64,000 nucleotides of DNA from assembly GCA_963714015.1 (NCBI GenBank), contig OY970223.1:1760001-1824000 (forward strand). Reading direction: 5' to 3'. The position numbers and the translations under genes were made by a program. Positions 61,979 to 64,000 of the stretch are shown here, piece after piece. The notes beneath the pieces were generated by a model. The model did not search any database. It worked only from the letters and a program-made list of their open reading frames with translations, and was not told the origin of the DNA. Position 1 is the stretch's first letter; every line of letters starts with the position of its first letter. The stretch comes from Vulcanimicrobiota bacterium. GTDB taxonomy: Bacteria; Vulcanimicrobiota; Vulcanimicrobiia; Vulcanimicrobiales; Vulcanimicrobiaceae.

Positions 61979-63261
61979 AGGTTATCGTCGAGTGCGCTCG
62001 AGCACTGGTCCAAGGAGAAGAACGGCGCGATTTCGCCTTCGCGATCGACGGCGATCGCATCGCGGCAATCGATTCGCCTGAGGCGCTCAAAAAGCGGTAT
62101 ACCGATGCTGAGTTGCGCGCGTACGGCGAGCGCGTCGCCGTCCTCCCCGGATTCGTCAACGGCCATAGCCATGCGTACCAAATTCTGATGCGGGGATGGG
62201 CCGACGATCTTGCGTTCGACCGGTGGCGCAGCGATGCGCTGTACAAAGTCGTCCCGCAACTCACGCCCGAGCAGATCTATTGGACCTTCCGGCTCGCTTT
62301 CGACGAAATGCTGGCGGCCGGCATTACGACCGTTGCCGAGTTTTTCTATTTGAACGGAGCCGGAAATGCGCACGCGCGCGAAGCGATACGGGCGGCCGGC
62401 GACAGCGGCATTCGCCTGGTTTTTGCGCGCGCATGGATGGATGCCGGCTATGCCCCGGCGGCATTCCGCGAAACGATCGACCAAGCGCGCGAGCGCACGG
62501 AAGAGCTGATCGCGGAATTTCCGGGCGTGCATGTGTGCGTCGCGCCGCACTCGCTGCATGCCGCGTCGCCTGAAATGATCCGTGAAGCGTCCGCGTTTGC
62601 AGCGGCGCACGATTGCATGATGCACGTTCACGTTGCGGAGGCGGCGTACGAAGGCGAGGAGACCGTGCGGCGGTTCGGCCTGAGCCCTATCCGGCTGCTG
62701 CAAGATCTGGATGCGCTGAACGAGCGCACGATCGCGATCCACGCGATCTACGTCGACGGCGATGAGAAGCAGTTGCTTGCGCAATCCGGCGCTCGCGTCA
62801 TTCACAATCCGATGACGAATCAGTATTTGGGCGACGGGATCTGCGACGTTATCGCGTTGCGCGCCCTTGGGGTGCCCGTCGGCCTGGGCACCGACGCGGA
62901 TGTTAGTCCGTCCGTGATCGACGAGATGCGCGCCGCATCGCTGCTGCAGAAGATTGCGCGGCTGGACGGCAGCGCGCTCGGTGCGCATGCTGCATTCAAC
63001 CTGGGAACGTCGGATGGGGCTCGCGCCCTGCGCGCCGGCGCCGGAGACTTTTGCGTCGGGGCTTTTGCCGACTACGTCGCAATCGATCTGGTCGCTGCCG
63101 ATCCCTGGGTCCCGCTCTGCAATCAAATCGTATACCGCTCGCAAAGCCGTGACGTGCGCGAAACCTACGTGGGAGGCAAACTCGCGTGGTCCCGCGATTG
63201 CGAGCAACCACCCGAAGCGCTGGAAGCCGTTCGCGCACTCTTACCGCTGCTGACGCTCTGA
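61975..63261 (+). CDS. hutF: Formimidoylglutamate deiminase-like amidohydrolase
   Basis: PGFVNGHSHAYQ, VAEFFY, APHSL, HVHVAE, GLGTD; position in hut operon. Confidence 0.7.
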   Translation: MKVIVECARALVQGEERRDFAFAIDGDRIAAIDSPEALKKRYTDAELRAYGERVAVLPGFVNGHSHAYQILMRGWADDLAFDRWRSDALYKVVPQLTPEQIYWTFRLAFDEMLAAGITTVAEFFYLNGAGNAHAREAIRAAGDSGIRLVFARAWMDAGYAPAAFRETIDQARERTEELIAEFPGVHVCVAPHSLHAASPEMIREASAFAAAHDCMMHVHVAEAAYEGEETVRRFGLSPIRLLQDLDALNERTIAIHAIYVDGDEKQLLAQSGARVIHNPMTNQYLGDGICDVIALRALGVPVGLGTDADVSPSVIDEMRAASLLQKIARLDGSALGAHAAFNLGTSDGARALRAGAGDFCVGAFADYVAIDLVAADPWVPLCNQIVYRSQSRDVRETYVGGKLAWSRDCEQPPEALEAVRALLPLLTL

Positions 63262-63265
63262 ACCG

Positions 63266-63306
63266 GAAAATAAAGAGCGCCGCGCATCCTGCCCGGCACT
63301 CTTTTT
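63266..63306. terminator. Bidirectional intrinsic terminator after hutF
   Basis: AAAGAGCGCCG..CGGCACTCTTTTT flanked by A/T tracts; pairs best on minus strand. Confidence 0.7.
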
Positions 63307-63345
63307 CTGCCCACTGGCGCCAAGTATACCCGGCAATGCGGTCGT

Positions 63346-63600
63346 CTAACGTAAAAATGTTCGCAAGAAAACCATAAATTCGCGGAACTTGGCACTGTTC
63401 GCATCCGATGACGCCGGTCCGGTGTAAGCCACAATAATGTAAGCTTCGCCGTTCCCCCGGTTCGGAGGATACCGCCGTCGTGCGTTACTTCGTCGGTGTC
63501 TCCCGTTTTGTGCGCGAACACGTCGCCCGAAGCAGACGGGGCGAGAGTTTCGTGTTCCATTGCTGTCCCGCCCGGTCGATAACACGAAGGACAGGAGCCA
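63346..63600 (-). pseudogene. Remnant of class A beta-lactamase-family serine hydrolase (C-terminal third)
   Basis: QQWNTKLSP, VFAHKTGDTDEVTHDGGIL and GEAYIIVAYTG in successive shifted frames; no N-terminal SxxK region. Confidence 0.6.
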
Positions 63601-63672
63601 GAGTCCAACTCCTCTGGCGAAGTCGATTACCTCGGCGGCCGAGAGAGCAAGCGTCAAACTCCTGCCGGTTGC

Positions 63673-63736
63673 GCAAGTAAGTACTTGCACTCACCAAACA
63701 AGTATGCTATTCTGTGCGTGCAAGTACGTACTTGCA
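63673..63736 (+). promoter_or_regulatory. Sigma70 promoter flanked by two palindromic operators
   Basis: GCAAGTAagTACTTGC 63673-63688 and TGCAAGTAcgTACTTGCA 63719-63736; TTGCAC-N17-TATTCT 63685-63713. Confidence 0.8.
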
Positions 63737-63747
63737 GAGAAAGCGAC

Positions 63748-64000
63748 ATGGAAACCAAGATTTTCAGCTATATAGATGCAGCCCCCTCGGCAGTCGAAGC
63801 GCTCCGCAGCCGGGTGCTCGCGGCCTTCAGGCGCGGGTACCGCGTCATCCTAGACCTTGACGAGCTGCCCGAGCTGGACAACCCGGCGCTCCGGGGTCTC
63901 ATTTTGGTCGTGCGCGGAGCGCGCGCCGCGGGCGGCAGCCTAGCGCTGTTCGTCACGCGTCCGGAGCATCGGCAGATGCTGCAACTGACCGCACTCGATC
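63748..64000 (+). CDS. STAS-domain protein (runs off window end)
   Basis: METKIF..RVILDLDELPELDNPALRGLILVVRGARAAGGSLAL..QMLQLTALD. Confidence 0.75.
   Translation, partial: METKIFSYIDAAPSAVEALRSRVLAAFRRGYRVILDLDELPELDNPALRGLILVVRGARAAGGSLALFVTRPEHRQMLQLTALD

Overview
GC-rich bacterial chromosomal window of mostly housekeeping genes. The gene set and protein style suggest a soil lineage such as Eremiobacterota/Vulcanimicrobiota, but that is an unverified inference. It encodes: a PadR/ADOP permease pair, MFS pumps, tdk, GerMN-amidase-murI, dxs, secG, oppD/F, a PilZ protein, a TonB-dependent receptor, a peptidoglycan-recycling operon (nagZ-anmK-murQ), an acyl-CoA carboxylase/methylmalonyl-CoA cluster with fabI, a GGDEF protein, clpC, a WYL regulator and the hutHUIF operon. 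There is no tRNA, rRNA, CRISPR array or mobile element. About eight genes carry single-base frameshifts, probably assembly indels. The most notable feature lies in the ~650 bp after the WYL gene (56349-57001): two tandem, diverged copies of a ~200-nt putative non-coding RNA gene on the minus strand. Each copy has a TTGCnA-N17-TACCAT promoter, a 5' hairpin, a conserved 34-nt core stem-loop and an intrinsic terminator. Each promoter is preceded by three DnaA-box-like 9-mers at identical offsets (+14, +25, +45 bp from the -35 hexamer). Other signals are a shared sigma28-like promoter motif before the PilZ, GGDEF and clpC genes, a double palindromic operator at the right edge, and several small ORFs missing from the ORF track.
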